From a virus, in the IMG/VR virus record IMGVR_UViG_3300031963_000105: 64,000 bases of DNA. One strand, 5' to 3'. Shown here in pieces: positions 29,993 to 40,066 of this stretch (position 1 is the first letter of the stretch; every line of letters begins with the position of its first letter). The notes under the pieces were generated by a model. The model was given only the letters and a program-made list of their open reading frames with translations, was not told where the DNA came from and ran no database searches. Position numbers and translations under genes: made by a program.

Positions 29993-30943
29993 TTATTGTT
30001 GGTTGAATTCAACAGCTAAATCCTCTAATGTTTTAGAAGTTCCTATAGATGATTCTCCGGAGCTTGATGATTGTTTTGCTTTATTATGTTCATTTACTAT
30101 ATTAATATAAATTTTTCTTTCTGATGGAGATATATTTAATATGTAATTTGAATCTAAACCGGAATCGGATAGATAATGTATTTCCTGAAAAAGATTTTTA
30201 ATATCATAAGAAAAAAACATCCTTAAAAAAGAAATAAACCCAAACCCGTATATACTAAACTTTTGATTTTTAAAATAATCTATACCTAATAAATTTTTAT
30301 CCATTAAAGATTCTAAATTTTGAAATATTTTATTTTCTATTTTTTGTTTTAAACTTATAGATAGTTTATCTAACAATTCTTGTTTTTGTTCATTATTAAA
30401 TTTTTGAAAATTTATTGATGCGTTTTCTATTTTTATATCTTTTATAAATTCCCCAAGAGTTTTGCTTATAGTGTCTATATCACTAGCCTTTAAAAAAATA
30501 TCTATATCTTTTACTGACGGCCATTTAAAATTTATGTTTATATTTTTTTCTCTAATTTTTTCATCTAAAAATGATTTAGAATTATTATATAACTCTTTTA
30601 TAAAGAAAGATAAATTAATTATTATTTTCTGTTTCTTTATGTTTTCTTGTTCTGTATTTTCTATTATAAATTCTATAGTATTTCCAATACTTAAAATTCT
30701 TAATTTTGTCACAAACATAACATATTCCATTATGTCCATTTGATCTAACATATCTGGATTCTTTATACAATTTTTAAGTATATCATTTAAAACGCAAAAA
30801 TATTCATAAAATCCATCGTTATTATAAGGAACCGTTAAATTTATTTTAGATAATAAAATTTGTTCTTGAGTTGTTAATTCCCTATATTTTATAACTGAAT
30901 TTGAATATGGTAAATCCAAACTATGATTAAAATATTGATGCAT
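29993..30943 (-). CDS. Baseplate assembly protein, gp26-like fused to a gp51-like C-terminus
   Basis: LPYSNSVIKYRELTTQEQILL (gp26-like), FKWPSV, and ILNISPSERKIYINIV (gp51-like). Confidence 0.6.
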   Translation of the reverse strand: MHQYFNHSLDLPYSNSVIKYRELTTQEQILLSKINLTVPYNNDGFYEYFCVLNDILKNCIKNPDMLDQMDIMEYVMFVTKLRILSIGNTIEFIIENTEQENIKKQKIIINLSFFIKELYNNSKSFLDEKIREKNININFKWPSVKDIDIFLKASDIDTISKTLGEFIKDIKIENASINFQKFNNEQKQELLDKLSISLKQKIENKIFQNLESLMDKNLLGIDYFKNQKFSIYGFGFISFLRMFFSYDIKNLFQEIHYLSDSGLDSNYILNISPSERKIYINIVNEHNKAKQSSSSGESSIGTSKTLEDLAVEFNQQ

Positions 30944-30953
30944 CTATATTTAA

Positions 30954-31679
30954 TTAATAGACGTCTATAAAATTTCCAGTATTTTTATCGGATACACAAT
31001 ACCTATCATATACGAAAGAAGCATTGCTAAATTTAAGACCATCTGGAGCATAAGAATATGATTCTCCGTCCATAGCTATTGGGGCTACATTATAAAATCT
31101 ATGTATTTTTCTTATAACCATATTTGAATATGCTCCACCTTTTGCTAACATAACAACATCAGCATAATCAGCTTTTACATATTTAAAAGATGTTTTTGGT
31201 CTTGCTACAAGACCATTATAACCAACTGTTATCAACCATGGTCTTATAACTAAATCTAAAAACGACGCATTAGTTTCCAATAAAGTAAGAGAAAAAGAAT
31301 CATGTTGTTTTCTAGTTGATGCGGTTGCTGGAGCCATATAACCTCCGTAAGATAATCCTTCGTGAGAAGCATTTACCGATTCTTGCGGAAGCTTAACTTC
31401 TTTTGCAAATACGCATCCTATTAAGTTTTCAAATGAATGTTGTAATCTACCATCAACTAACATTCTTGTTACATCAGCATTTAATTGCCAATCATTCTCA
31501 CCTTCAAAATCATTCAGCGAAACTTCAAAGCTATTAAATAGTCCGTTTCTTTTTAATGTATCGAAATTAAAATATACAAACCACTGACTAGCTAATGCTA
31601 CGTTAGTAGACCAAGAACCTAAAAGGTCTAGGTAGTAAGAATAAGGACTTCTTGATGTATCTGAAGGTCTGAATATCAC
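30954..31679 (-). CDS. Tail tube initiator (gp54-like tube paralogue)
   Basis: GTG start; KEVKLPQES...SFSLTLLET...IRPW...FYNVAPI tube-fold pattern. Confidence 0.6.
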   Translation of the reverse strand: MIFRPSDTSRSPYSYYLDLLGSWSTNVALASQWFVYFNFDTLKRNGLFNSFEVSLNDFEGENDWQLNADVTRMLVDGRLQHSFENLIGCVFAKEVKLPQESVNASHEGLSYGGYMAPATASTRKQHDSFSLTLLETNASFLDLVIRPWLITVGYNGLVARPKTSFKYVKADYADVVMLAKGGAYSNMVIRKIHRFYNVAPIAMDGESYSYAPDGLKFSNASFVYDRYCVSDKNTGNFIDVY

Positions 31680-31700
31680 AATAATACTTATTTAAAAGTA

Positions 31701-32240
31701 TTAGGTAAGTCTCCAATATTGATATGCTAAAGTAGCTTGTTGATTTAAAATATCACCAGCTGTTGTTACATCCAAAGTTAACTCACCTAAACTTACGCAG
31801 TAAGCTCCAAAAAATGTATATGTTCTTAATGGAGTACCGTCTTTATTTATAAGTGTTAAAATAACTTGATTGGAAACATCTTTACTTGGGATGTTATAAG
31901 CACCAGTGCTAGTAGCATCATCAAATACTAATTTAGTCCAATCTTCAAACTTTCTTCTAACAGAAAGACTTTGTGGAACTCTAAATGTTAGATTCCAAGC
32001 ATTTGAATTTGGGTAATTAGCGGTTCCGGGGACATTAAATTGCAAGCCCATAAATGGTACTTGAATATTGTTAATAGCTCTGCCGGGAAGAGTTGTTGTA
32101 GTTACATACATCAACTCATTAACGGTAAAACGTGTTCCGCCTAATGCGACAACTCTAAAAAGATTTTGTCTAGCAAAATCGTTTATTGATGCCGCGTTGT
32201 AGAAGTTTTCAATTCCAGTGGTGTCGAGTAATCCAGCCAT
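31701..32240 (-). CDS. 19: Tail tube protein (gp19)
   Basis: ARQNLFRV, TTLPGRAINNIQVPFMG, YTFFGAY, ATLAYQYW; follows the sheath gene. Confidence 0.9.
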   Translation of the reverse strand: MAGLLDTTGIENFYNAASINDFARQNLFRVVALGGTRFTVNELMYVTTTTLPGRAINNIQVPFMGLQFNVPGTANYPNSNAWNLTFRVPQSLSVRRKFEDWTKLVFDDATSTGAYNIPSKDVSNQVILTLINKDGTPLRTYTFFGAYCVSLGELTLDVTTAGDILNQQATLAYQYWRLT

Positions 32241-32256
32241 ATATATTATTTATCCT

Positions 32257-34971
32257 TTATCCTATCAATTCAGAGAAAGAAACTCCAGTTCTTGTTGCGA
32301 TGAAGTCCGCCAATATGAACTCAGCTGTTCTTACTGGTTTGATGTATATTGATATTTTCATTTCATTATTATCAATAACATCTGGAGTGTTATTTCTTTC
32401 ATCACAGATAATTTGATATTCATATAAACCGTCATTTAATTTAGCTTTATCAAATGTTGGTTGTAATGAACCAATTAATCTCTGTCTTGTTGTGAATGTG
32501 TTTGGTTCGAAGACGTAGTATTTTAATAACTGTTTAGTTTCTTTTTCTAAAGTTAAGAACAATCTACGAACGTTAATTCTATCGAATGCGGAAGGTTTGC
32601 GATATAAAGTCTTTTGACCGAATATAGCATATCCATCATTTCCAAAGAATGAAATTGGGTTTATGTTTATTTTATATAATAAATCTGATTGTTTTTGATT
32701 TGGTGTTATACCTAAATCTATAACATTTAATAGATTTCCTCTATTTAAACCAGCAGGAGCGGCCCATGGGAAAGCAACTTGTGAAGTTGTTGCAAATACA
32801 CCAGCGGCAAATGCTGAAGATGGAACCCAAACGAATTGATCTGAAAAATCATCAGCAACTCTCAACCAGTTTCCATATACGCATGAATAGCTGGATTGGA
32901 AAGCAGCAAATTGATTTTTCATTGGCCAATAAACATCATTAGAGAATACATAATTTTTTCTAGCTGTTGTTTTATAATTTTTTCCAGAAACAAAAATGTA
33001 TCTTAATGGGTCTGCTATGAAAACGTGATCTTTTCTATCAGAAACAAAAGTTAAGAATTTATTAGCAAGAGCTTGGTAGTCGGCGTTTATACCTGTTACG
33101 ATAGCTCCAGAGGTATCTTTTAATTCTGATATATCAACAGAATAATTTTCATCGAAAATATATTCAGATAATCCATCAGCTAATTTTCTAGCTTTTGCAC
33201 CAGCCCAAATAGTTCCTAATCCACATTCGGCTACTACATCGATATTTAATGTTTCGTCGTTTTGAATTGTATTTAATACTCTTTGTAATTTTGATGGAAC
33301 GTTTCCTAAATCAGTATTTTCAAAATCATTTTCGGAAACATATACACCAACTGGATATGCAGCTTTGGCTTTATCAGAAACTCTAACTTTTTTAGCTGGT
33401 TGTCCATTATCAGAAACCCATTTTCCATAAGTTGAAATATATGGATTTGTTACAACTTTAATGTTATTAGATCTTTTTTCTACTACGTTATCTAAGAAGA
33501 ATGTATTTGGAGTTCCAAAAGTAGGATTGTTTTGTGTTCTCTTTGAATATAAAGAACCGGAATATCCTTCAGCTACTCTATAATCAAGTACAACGGTATC
33601 TCTATTGTAGATAGATGTGTTTAATTTAAAGAGAACTAAAATTAAGCTATCATCAAATGATGATGTGGCAAAGTCATAGCCAGTAGGATATGCCTCCAAT
33701 GATTCGGATATACAATCTCCAGCGAATCCAGTATACTCTTGAGTTAATTTAAAATTCAATCTTGATTCTGGAATTTTAGCAAATGGCTGAATTCCAATAG
33801 AACCACCAATTGAAGATAAAGTTTGAGTGGTATTTATCGCAGTTATAGAATCATAATCTGTAGCTGGGTTTACGTTTCTATTGTCTGCTATGCCAACATA
33901 GTAACCTTCAAAAAGATTGTTTATGCTTGTTTTTGAATCGTTTAAAACGATTAAGCCAGCTTTACCTAATGAAGAAAATGAAGATAAAGTATTTGAATTT
34001 GTAGATATTAAATTCTGCCAATCAATACTATTTGATGCAATTTGATTATATTGATCATCAGTTAATAATATAGAAATTGGAGGAAGAAGTAAATAGCTGT
34101 TAGCGTCGGTTAAACTCGTAACAGGATTTATTACTGTTGAGGTATTAATGTTTTCATTATATGTACTTACAGAAATAACATAATTTGTTACTACTTGTTG
34201 AGTAGCAGTAGTTTTAACAGTTAATGTTCTCCACCATTCTACACCATCATTTAATACTTCAGTAGCAACCCATTGGTTTTGAGTTACTGGGAATATATCA
34301 GATGCATACAAATTAAATAAAGAAGTTAATTGCGGATAACTTGAAAATGGAGCAGATGCGGTTAACGCAAATGTATTTGAAACTACATCATCTACAGTTG
34401 CACCAGCTACTCTCAATGTACTAAGAGTTGGATATACTACTTGATCAACAAAGGTATCAACAATTGGATTTGTTGATTTATATTTTGGTAAATTTTGAGC
34501 GGCAGTAGTTGTAGCATATAAAGAATATGGAGAACCTAATGCAGCTAGATTTGATAATAACTCAGACTCGTTTACGCCATCTACAGTAATGATGTTATTT
34601 AATGGATAAGATCTAGTTTCAATTATTTCTTCAAAAACACCAGAAATTCCATATACTAATGCACTATATGAATTAGTATATCCTTCTCCCATTCCAGAAC
34701 CATATGGTAATCTAGAAACGAGTAAGTTTGCTGGAGAAGTATTTAAAATTTGCTTTGCAGAATGATACAAATATCTTTCAGCGGCATTTGTTGGTGTTCC
34801 ATAAATTTGTTCAAATTCACTGATATCAGTAACATTAACTAATGTTTCAGTTGGACCTTGAGGGGCAAAGCCTGATATTAAAACGTCAGTAGCTCCAATT
34901 GGTCTTGTTATAATAGATAAGTCCTGTTCAGTTATTTGTACTCCGGGTGATGCTATTGTTCTTGATGCCAT
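32257..34971 (-). CDS. 18: Tail sheath protein (gp18), enlarged
   Basis: Probable start MASRTIASPGVQITEQD; C-terminal PWAAPAGLNRG, FDRINVRRLFL, FEPN, ICDERNNTPDVID, IKPVRTAEFI. Confidence 0.96.
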   Translation of the reverse strand: MASRTIASPGVQITEQDLSIITRPIGATDVLISGFAPQGPTETLVNVTDISEFEQIYGTPTNAAERYLYHSAKQILNTSPANLLVSRLPYGSGMGEGYTNSYSALVYGISGVFEEIIETRSYPLNNIITVDGVNESELLSNLAALGSPYSLYATTTAAQNLPKYKSTNPIVDTFVDQVVYPTLSTLRVAGATVDDVVSNTFALTASAPFSSYPQLTSLFNLYASDIFPVTQNQWVATEVLNDGVEWWRTLTVKTTATQQVVTNYVISVSTYNENINTSTVINPVTSLTDANSYLLLPPISILLTDDQYNQIASNSIDWQNLISTNSNTLSSFSSLGKAGLIVLNDSKTSINNLFEGYYVGIADNRNVNPATDYDSITAINTTQTLSSIGGSIGIQPFAKIPESRLNFKLTQEYTGFAGDCISESLEAYPTGYDFATSSFDDSLILVLFKLNTSIYNRDTVVLDYRVAEGYSGSLYSKRTQNNPTFGTPNTFFLDNVVEKRSNNIKVVTNPYISTYGKWVSDNGQPAKKVRVSDKAKAAYPVGVYVSENDFENTDLGNVPSKLQRVLNTIQNDETLNIDVVAECGLGTIWAGAKARKLADGLSEYIFDENYSVDISELKDTSGAIVTGINADYQALANKFLTFVSDRKDHVFIADPLRYIFVSGKNYKTTARKNYVFSNDVYWPMKNQFAAFQSSYSCVYGNWLRVADDFSDQFVWVPSSAFAAGVFATTSQVAFPWAAPAGLNRGNLLNVIDLGITPNQKQSDLLYKININPISFFGNDGYAIFGQKTLYRKPSAFDRINVRRLFLTLEKETKQLLKYYVFEPNTFTTRQRLIGSLQPTFDKAKLNDGLYEYQIICDERNNTPDVIDNNEMKISIYIKPVRTAEFILADFIATRTGVSFSELIG

Positions 34972-35035
34972 AATGTATATCAATATTTACCTTTAAAAAA
35001 TATCATTTTTACAATTTGTTTTAAATTAAACTAAA

Positions 35036-35043
35036 TATAAATA
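35036..35043 (+). promoter_or_regulatory. T4-type late promoter TATAAATA
   Basis: Exact T4 late consensus 8 nt before the ATG at 35052. Other exact copies at 29985, 59227 and 61466 (- strand) and 50498 (+ strand). Confidence 0.75.
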
Positions 35044-35051
35044 TACAATGT

Positions 35052-35336
35052 ATGAACACTAATAAATTTGATCTACTCGTTTCCTCGCTACTGGAAGAAG
35101 CTAAATGCACAGGACCAACCAAAAAAGCTACATCAACAGCAAAAGGTAAAAAATGGATGAAATGCGTTAAAAACCCAAGTGGTGGAGGATACAAGAGAGT
35201 TCATTGGGGTCAAAAGGGAGTTAGAGTGACTGGAAAATCCGGTAATACTAAAAGAAAAAAATCATTTAGAGCTAGACATAAATGTTCATCGGCAAAACCC
35301 GGAACCGCAAAATATCAAGCTTGCAAAGATTGGTAA
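35052..35336 (+). CDS. Small basic Cys-containing virion-type protein (DUF6321/DUF5754-like)
   Basis: KRVHWGQKG...RKKSFRARHKC...YQACKDW motif after the propeptide-like SSLLEE. Confidence 0.7.
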   Translation: MNTNKFDLLVSSLLEEAKCTGPTKKATSTAKGKKWMKCVKNPSGGGYKRVHWGQKGVRVTGKSGNTKRKKSFRARHKCSSAKPGTAKYQACKDW

Positions 35337-35358
35337 TTTCTGGTAAGTTATTTTTACA

Positions 35359-35796
35359 ATGAAAAAATTCGATACTGTAATAGAAAACTACATTTCAGAA
35401 CAAATTGGATCATCTACATCTTCTGCTGTAAATATAAACCCAAATGTTTTTAAAACATTAAATGTAGCGCCAAACGCAGATCTTAAAAAGGTCGCAGACG
35501 TTTTGACAAAACTATTACCACAATTCAATAAAGATGTAAATCCTGTGGATTTAAAATCTCCAGATAGTTTCGATAATTTTATTTTAAATCTTAAAAAGAG
35601 TCCTACAAATTTAGAAATATTTAAACAGGAACTAAATAAAAATGGAATGGATCTAAAAGATTTAGAATTACAAAACACCCAAAATAATCAAGAACCAGAA
35701 GCTGAAAAAAATATAGCACAACAACAACAAGCATCTCCTAAACCTAATACTCCAACATCCCCAACATCATATACTTCACAGGGACCAAAGGCTTAA
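35359..35796 (+). CDS. Hypothetical protein with CTS-like N-terminus
   Basis: MKKFDTVIENYISE; Q/P/S-rich tail; GTAAGT box upstream. Confidence 0.7.
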   Translation: MKKFDTVIENYISEQIGSSTSSAVNINPNVFKTLNVAPNADLKKVADVLTKLLPQFNKDVNPVDLKSPDSFDNFILNLKKSPTNLEIFKQELNKNGMDLKDLELQNTQNNQEPEAEKNIAQQQQASPKPNTPTSPTSYTSQGPKA

Positions 35797-35820
35797 TATT
35801 TTTTACATTTAAAAAATTTA

Positions 35821-36645
35821 ATGAAAAACAAAAAAAATCGTAGGAAAGATAGTTCGCAAGAGCTATCGATTAACTCAAACGAAATTGAAAAAGATAATTC
35901 ACCATATGTCTTTCAAAGTGAAAAAATAAATTTCGAGTTATCTATTAAAGAATTACCTTGGACAGAAAAACAAAAAGAGATAATTTCAAATTTTTTAGAT
36001 AAAAAAACAAAAGTTTTATTATTAAAGGGACCAGCTGGTACGTCAAAAACTATTTTATCGATGTATTGTGGTTTAACTCTTTTAAACAAGAGAAGAGTTT
36101 CAGATTTAGTCTTGGTAAGATCTGCTGTAGAATCATCCGATTCAAAATTAGGATTTTTGCCGGGCGATATCATGGAGAAGTTTAATGTGTATTTGACACC
36201 ATTTCATGATAAATTTTCTGAGCTTTTAAGTAAACCCAATATAGATAGATTACAAAAAGATAATAGACTTACAATTTGTCCGATAAATTTTGCAAGAGGA
36301 TTACATTTTTCTGCAAAGTTTGTTTGTGCGGATGAAGTTCAAAATTTTTCTACCAAAGAATTACAAACAATTATGAGTAGAATTGGTGAATTTTCAAAAG
36401 TATTTTTATGTGGTGATCCAGAACAAAGCGATTTACCACAAGGAAAATCAGGATTCAGTAAAGTGTATGACTTATTTAATAATGAAGAATCTAGAGAAAA
36501 CGGAATCATTTGTATGGAATTAACAGAAGCTGATATCGTAAGATCAGAACTTTGTAGGTTTATAACACATAAATTCAAAGAATTAAATGTTCCAAAAATA
36601 GAAGAATTTAAAAAAGATTCTTGGAAACCGGGGGATCACAAATAA
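35821..36645 (+). CDS. phoH: PhoH-family ATPase
   Basis: GPAGTSKT, RSAVES, LGFLPGD, ARGLHF, DEVQN, SRIGEFSK, GDPEQSDL, DIVRS. Confidence 0.95.
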   Translation: MKNKKNRRKDSSQELSINSNEIEKDNSPYVFQSEKINFELSIKELPWTEKQKEIISNFLDKKTKVLLLKGPAGTSKTILSMYCGLTLLNKRRVSDLVLVRSAVESSDSKLGFLPGDIMEKFNVYLTPFHDKFSELLSKPNIDRLQKDNRLTICPINFARGLHFSAKFVCADEVQNFSTKELQTIMSRIGEFSKVFLCGDPEQSDLPQGKSGFSKVYDLFNNEESRENGIICMELTEADIVRSELCRFITHKFKELNVPKIEEFKKDSWKPGDHK

Positions 36646-36656
36646 GTAATTATATT

Positions 36657-36839
36657 ATGAACAACACACCACAATATCAAACCGTGGAAAATAAACCGAT
36701 TGGTTGTACTTTTTGCGGTGCTTTCATTCAAGGTAAAGTGACACCAAGAACGAATCCGCAAACAAAACAAGTAGTAAATGAATGCAGATGGGTTTGCTCT
36801 AGATGTGGAAACCTCACAAAAGTAGGCGTAGTAAAATGA
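36657..36839 (+). CDS. Small zinc-ribbon protein
   Basis: CTFC...CSRC; start at 36657 after an AATAAGTA box. Confidence 0.65.
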   Translation: MNNTPQYQTVENKPIGCTFCGAFIQGKVTPRTNPQTKQVVNECRWVCSRCGNLTKVGVVK

Positions 36840-37330
36840 ACTTTAATAAGTTAGTAAACGAAATATACGATACTAACGTTAATAAATCATATCCAGCTTC
36901 TAGTTCTGCACCTAGAAAAGATTTTGCTCCTGTATCATCAAGAGACGGATACCACTATCCATATCAAAATCAAGGCGCTCAAAACATAGAACAAGAACAT
37001 CCTAATAATCCAATATCATATCCATATCCATTACAAACGGTAAGTGATGACTTATCTCAAAGTTTTGTTTTTTTGCTTAATGGAACTACAAAAATAGTAG
37101 AAGCACAAAAAAATAAATCTTTAGACGTAAACCAAAAAAACGATTTAAATAAGTTAAAAAAATATTGTTTAAAACTTCTAGAAGGTATTAAAAAAGTTGC
37201 ATTTAAAGTAGATGAAATTTCCGACTTAGGAGTAGAAAAAACTCCAGAAATAAAGATTAATGCATCACAAAGCAATAATCCTAATAGCTTAAAACAGCAA
37301 GAAGTTTCAATTAAATTACCAACTAAATAA
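36836..37330 (+). CDS. Hypothetical protein with CTS-like N-terminus
   Basis: Start MNFNKLVNEIY, with ATGA-type coupling to the upstream stop. Confidence 0.7.
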   Translation: MNFNKLVNEIYDTNVNKSYPASSSAPRKDFAPVSSRDGYHYPYQNQGAQNIEQEHPNNPISYPYPLQTVSDDLSQSFVFLLNGTTKIVEAQKNKSLDVNQKNDLNKLKKYCLKLLEGIKKVAFKVDEISDLGVEKTPEIKINASQSNNPNSLKQQEVSIKLPTK

Positions 37331-37332
37331 TA

Positions 37333-37361
37333 TTGACAATATAATATTTGTATAATATTAT
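37333..37361 (+). promoter_or_regulatory. sigma70-like promoter
   Basis: TTGACA-17 nt-TATTAT. Confidence 0.5.
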
Positions 37362-37368
37362 TTTTGTA

Positions 37369-37821
37369 ATGAAAGAAAAATTTAAGAAAATATTCAAATC
37401 TACGCTAGTCGTAATAGTTATATCAACAGTTATAGGATTAGCTATAAAAAATATAGGTGGGGATTTTACAACAACATTTTTATTGGCTTTTTCTTGTCAA
37501 TATATACTATTTTCATTTGTTGGTAATGTATTAAACTCATATTTAATACAACAAAGCATTCAAAAACAGTTAGATAATCTAGAACCACTATCTACAATTT
37601 TACAATGCTCTTATTGCAACCAACAGAACGTAATGACTTTTGTTCCAGATGAATCTGAAACTTTTCAATTTACGTGTTTAAAATGTGATAAAAGAAATTC
37701 TGTTAAAATACAATTCGTTGTCGCTAGACAAACTGAAATATTAAATTTACCGGTTACATCAACCGGAGTATCAATAAGAGATAAAGAATTATTAGATAAG
37801 GAATTATTAAATGAACAATAA
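37369..37821 (+). CDS. Membrane protein (2 TM) with zinc ribbon
   Basis: Two hydrophobic helices then CSYC...CLKC; 15-bp duplication (DKELL x2) at 37780-37809. Confidence 0.7.
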   Translation: MKEKFKKIFKSTLVVIVISTVIGLAIKNIGGDFTTTFLLAFSCQYILFSFVGNVLNSYLIQQSIQKQLDNLEPLSTILQCSYCNQQNVMTFVPDESETFQFTCLKCDKRNSVKIQFVVARQTEILNLPVTSTGVSIRDKELLDKELLNEQ

Positions 37822-38077
37822 AAATAAAAAGAGTAAATGGTCGGCTATACATGAAGAATCAATCGTGTGGGCTAGATGGATAGCATTATACGAAGCGGTA
37901 AATATGATAGCGGAAACCGCAGAAAAAAAGAAAGTATCTTTTAAATCTAAACTTAAACCAATAGCTATAAACAAATATATAGAATCAACTCAGGATATAT
38001 ATCTAAGAAAAATATTAGAACAAGAGTATAATATTAATTTCTATTTTGACGATCAAGTAGAAAAAATATCTATTTAA
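37811..38077 (+). CDS. Hypothetical protein
   Basis: 88-aa ORF overlapping the upstream gene. Confidence 0.65.
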   Translation: MNNKNKKSKWSAIHEESIVWARWIALYEAVNMIAETAEKKKVSFKSKLKPIAINKYIESTQDIYLRKILEQEYNINFYFDDQVEKISI

Positions 38078-38706
38078 TAGTCACCATATACTGAAGTATC
38101 TGAACATAAACTATCACCATCTTCATAGTTGAAGTTTTGTTTAGATACTTCTTCTATTATATCATTATCATTATTAGGATTATTTCCTTGACCAGCACCC
38201 GGAGATCCAGATTCGTGCGAGAAGTCGTAACGTTTAGCTTTAAAAAACCAAACATAATGTCCTGCTATAGCATTAAGCTGAAACTCATCTATAACTTCTG
38301 TTAATTCGTAAACAGTAGCGCCTCGTTTTGGAAAATGTATCCTATCCAACCCAAACTCAGATAGCTCCATTAAATCTCCCATTTTAGGCTCTGCTCCATC
38401 CCCAAATACATCTTCAAACATTATAGGATGTATAACTCCAGTCATATCACTATCTGCTAATACACCAAACTTAGATAATAAATATGCATCATTATTTAAG
38501 TTTAATTGAACTATAAGTTTTTTACCTTCTCCATAACCAGCAGCTGGGTCTTCTCCGTAAAGAGGATTCATAGAGTTTAAATTTGATAAGTTGGAGAAGA
38601 AATTAACTTCTTGTCCATACATGCTTATCTGTTCTTTCCACCAATTTGAAAAGTTTAATCTCTCTTGAAAGTTTCTACTTTTATCTAAAAACCTTACCTT
38701 TTCCAT
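38074..38706 (-). CDS. 14: Neck/head-completion protein (gp14-like)
   Basis: EQISMYGQEV, LYGEDP, SKFG, GDLM, VYELTEV, FQL...YVW..KAKRYDFSHE. Confidence 0.8.
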   Translation of the reverse strand: MEKVRFLDKSRNFQERLNFSNWWKEQISMYGQEVNFFSNLSNLNSMNPLYGEDPAAGYGEGKKLIVQLNLNNDAYLLSKFGVLADSDMTGVIHPIMFEDVFGDGAEPKMGDLMELSEFGLDRIHFPKRGATVYELTEVIDEFQLNAIAGHYVWFFKAKRYDFSHESGSPGAGQGNNPNNDNDIIEEVSKQNFNYEDGDSLCSDTSVYGDY

Positions 38707-39070
38707 ATACGTCTCCTTTAAATGTTAGCTTATATGACCCATTTGGATTCATAGATAAATAAACTTTAGTTTGTTTTATCGCTTTTTCTGGTTCTTCTGC
38801 GGTAGGAATCAATCCATATTGTTTCTTTAATTGTTCTGCTTTAGCTAAACTTAATGGAACATCTTTACCGGTTCTTATGCATTGATTTATTTCATCATTC
38901 TTAGTTGTTAAATATCTAGCTACACCATTTACATTTTTAGTTTTACCTGTTGCTTGATTAACAGCATACATACCTTTTTCATGTCTATGAGTTCTTTTGT
39001 CTGGAGATAAAGAACCAGTATCTATAGAATTTATTTTTTTATCTATATTAAAAAATTCAAGAAAAGTCAT
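38681..39070 (-). CDS. Hypothetical protein with CTS-like N-terminus
   Basis: MTFLEFF; GTAAATA box at 39077-39083. Confidence 0.7.
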   Translation of the reverse strand: MTFLEFFNIDKKINSIDTGSLSPDKRTHRHEKGMYAVNQATGKTKNVNGVARYLTTKNDEINQCIRTGKDVPLSLAKAEQLKKQYGLIPTAEEPEKAIKQTKVYLSMNPNGSYKLTFKGDVYGKGKVFR

Positions 39071-39085
39071 TTTATATATTTACAT

Positions 39086-39115
39086 AAAAAAACCCCGTAT
39101 GATACGGGGTTTTTT
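39086..39115. terminator. Bidirectional intrinsic terminator
   Basis: AAAAAAACCCCGTA-TGA-TACGGGGTTTTTT perfect hairpin flanked by A- and T-tracts. Confidence 0.88.
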
Positions 39116-39135
39116 ATTTTGATTGTTTTTATATA

Positions 39136-40017
39136 TTATTTGTTATCAAATAACATTTTTCCTTTATTGACTGCACCTGAAACTTCTTGTTTCTTTTTTG
39201 TTAAAACGGAAACTCCCTTTTTAACATTATGGGATTTTAATTTTCCGTCTGCGCCTTTTCCAACTTGTGGAGTTTCAGCATGTTTCTTTCCAACTTTTAT
39301 ATTTCCAGAAACAACATTATTTTTAGGGTTGTTCATTCCAGCACTAAGCTTTTCAATGTCAACTAATGGTTCTCCTAATTCTTCGGCGTCGTCTAATGCG
39401 AAAGATTCTGGATAGGTTTCTTCTTCGTCTGAAGAAGATTCTTCACCTTCAGTTTCTTCCATTCCTTCTTCGCCTTCTTCGCCTTCTTCGCTTTCTTCAC
39501 CTTCTTCTTCTTCAGTTTCACCACCAATAGCAGCTTGAAGAATTTCAATAAGTTTTTCGGCCATTTCTTTATCGAGAGTTAAAGTAACGTCTTCTCCTTC
39601 TGAATCTGAATCCATGAATTCATCAACATCAGAATCTTCTTCTGAAGAGTCATCAAGACCTAAAGAAGAATCATCAAAAGCATTGTCAGACTCTAATTCA
39701 TTATTTGGTTGGGTGGAGAAGTTAAATGTTTCTTCTGAAACAATTTTATTAAACAAAGCATCAAAAGGATTTGTAGCTTCTTTAACACCAGCTAATTTCT
39801 TTAATGAAGAATCTGGTGTGTTTAATTCGCCTGATGCTTCATCTGGTTTTTCAACACCTTCAACTTCTTCTGGTCCTGTTCCTTTTTGGAACTCGGTTAC
39901 TTTTTTTTCGTTTTGTTTATCACCGAATGGCGCGCCAACCTTTAATTCTGTTTTTACTTCAGAGCTTGGTACGCTTTCGTTTAATACTTCGAGGTATGCT
40001 TTTGTTATTGGGTCCAT
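39136..40017 (-). CDS. Highly acidic protein, putative prohead core/internal protein
   Basis: E/D-rich centre, several xxE sites (VLNES, IVSEE), late box GTAAATA upstream, own terminator. Confidence 0.6.
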   Translation of the reverse strand: MDPITKAYLEVLNESVPSSEVKTELKVGAPFGDKQNEKKVTEFQKGTGPEEVEGVEKPDEASGELNTPDSSLKKLAGVKEATNPFDALFNKIVSEETFNFSTQPNNELESDNAFDDSSLGLDDSSEEDSDVDEFMDSDSEGEDVTLTLDKEMAEKLIEILQAAIGGETEEEEGEESEEGEEGEEGMEETEGEESSSDEEETYPESFALDDAEELGEPLVDIEKLSAGMNNPKNNVVSGNIKVGKKHAETPQVGKGADGKLKSHNVKKGVSVLTKKKQEVSGAVNKGKMLFDNK

Positions 40018-40066
40018 ATGTTGTATAATTATTTACTCTTTGTTTATTACAAAATCTATATTTTTT

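Noticed and set aside
39421-39530. TTC-rich repeats in the acidic protein gene
   Set aside because: Fully explained by poly-Glu/Gly coding (EEGEEG); not an independent element.
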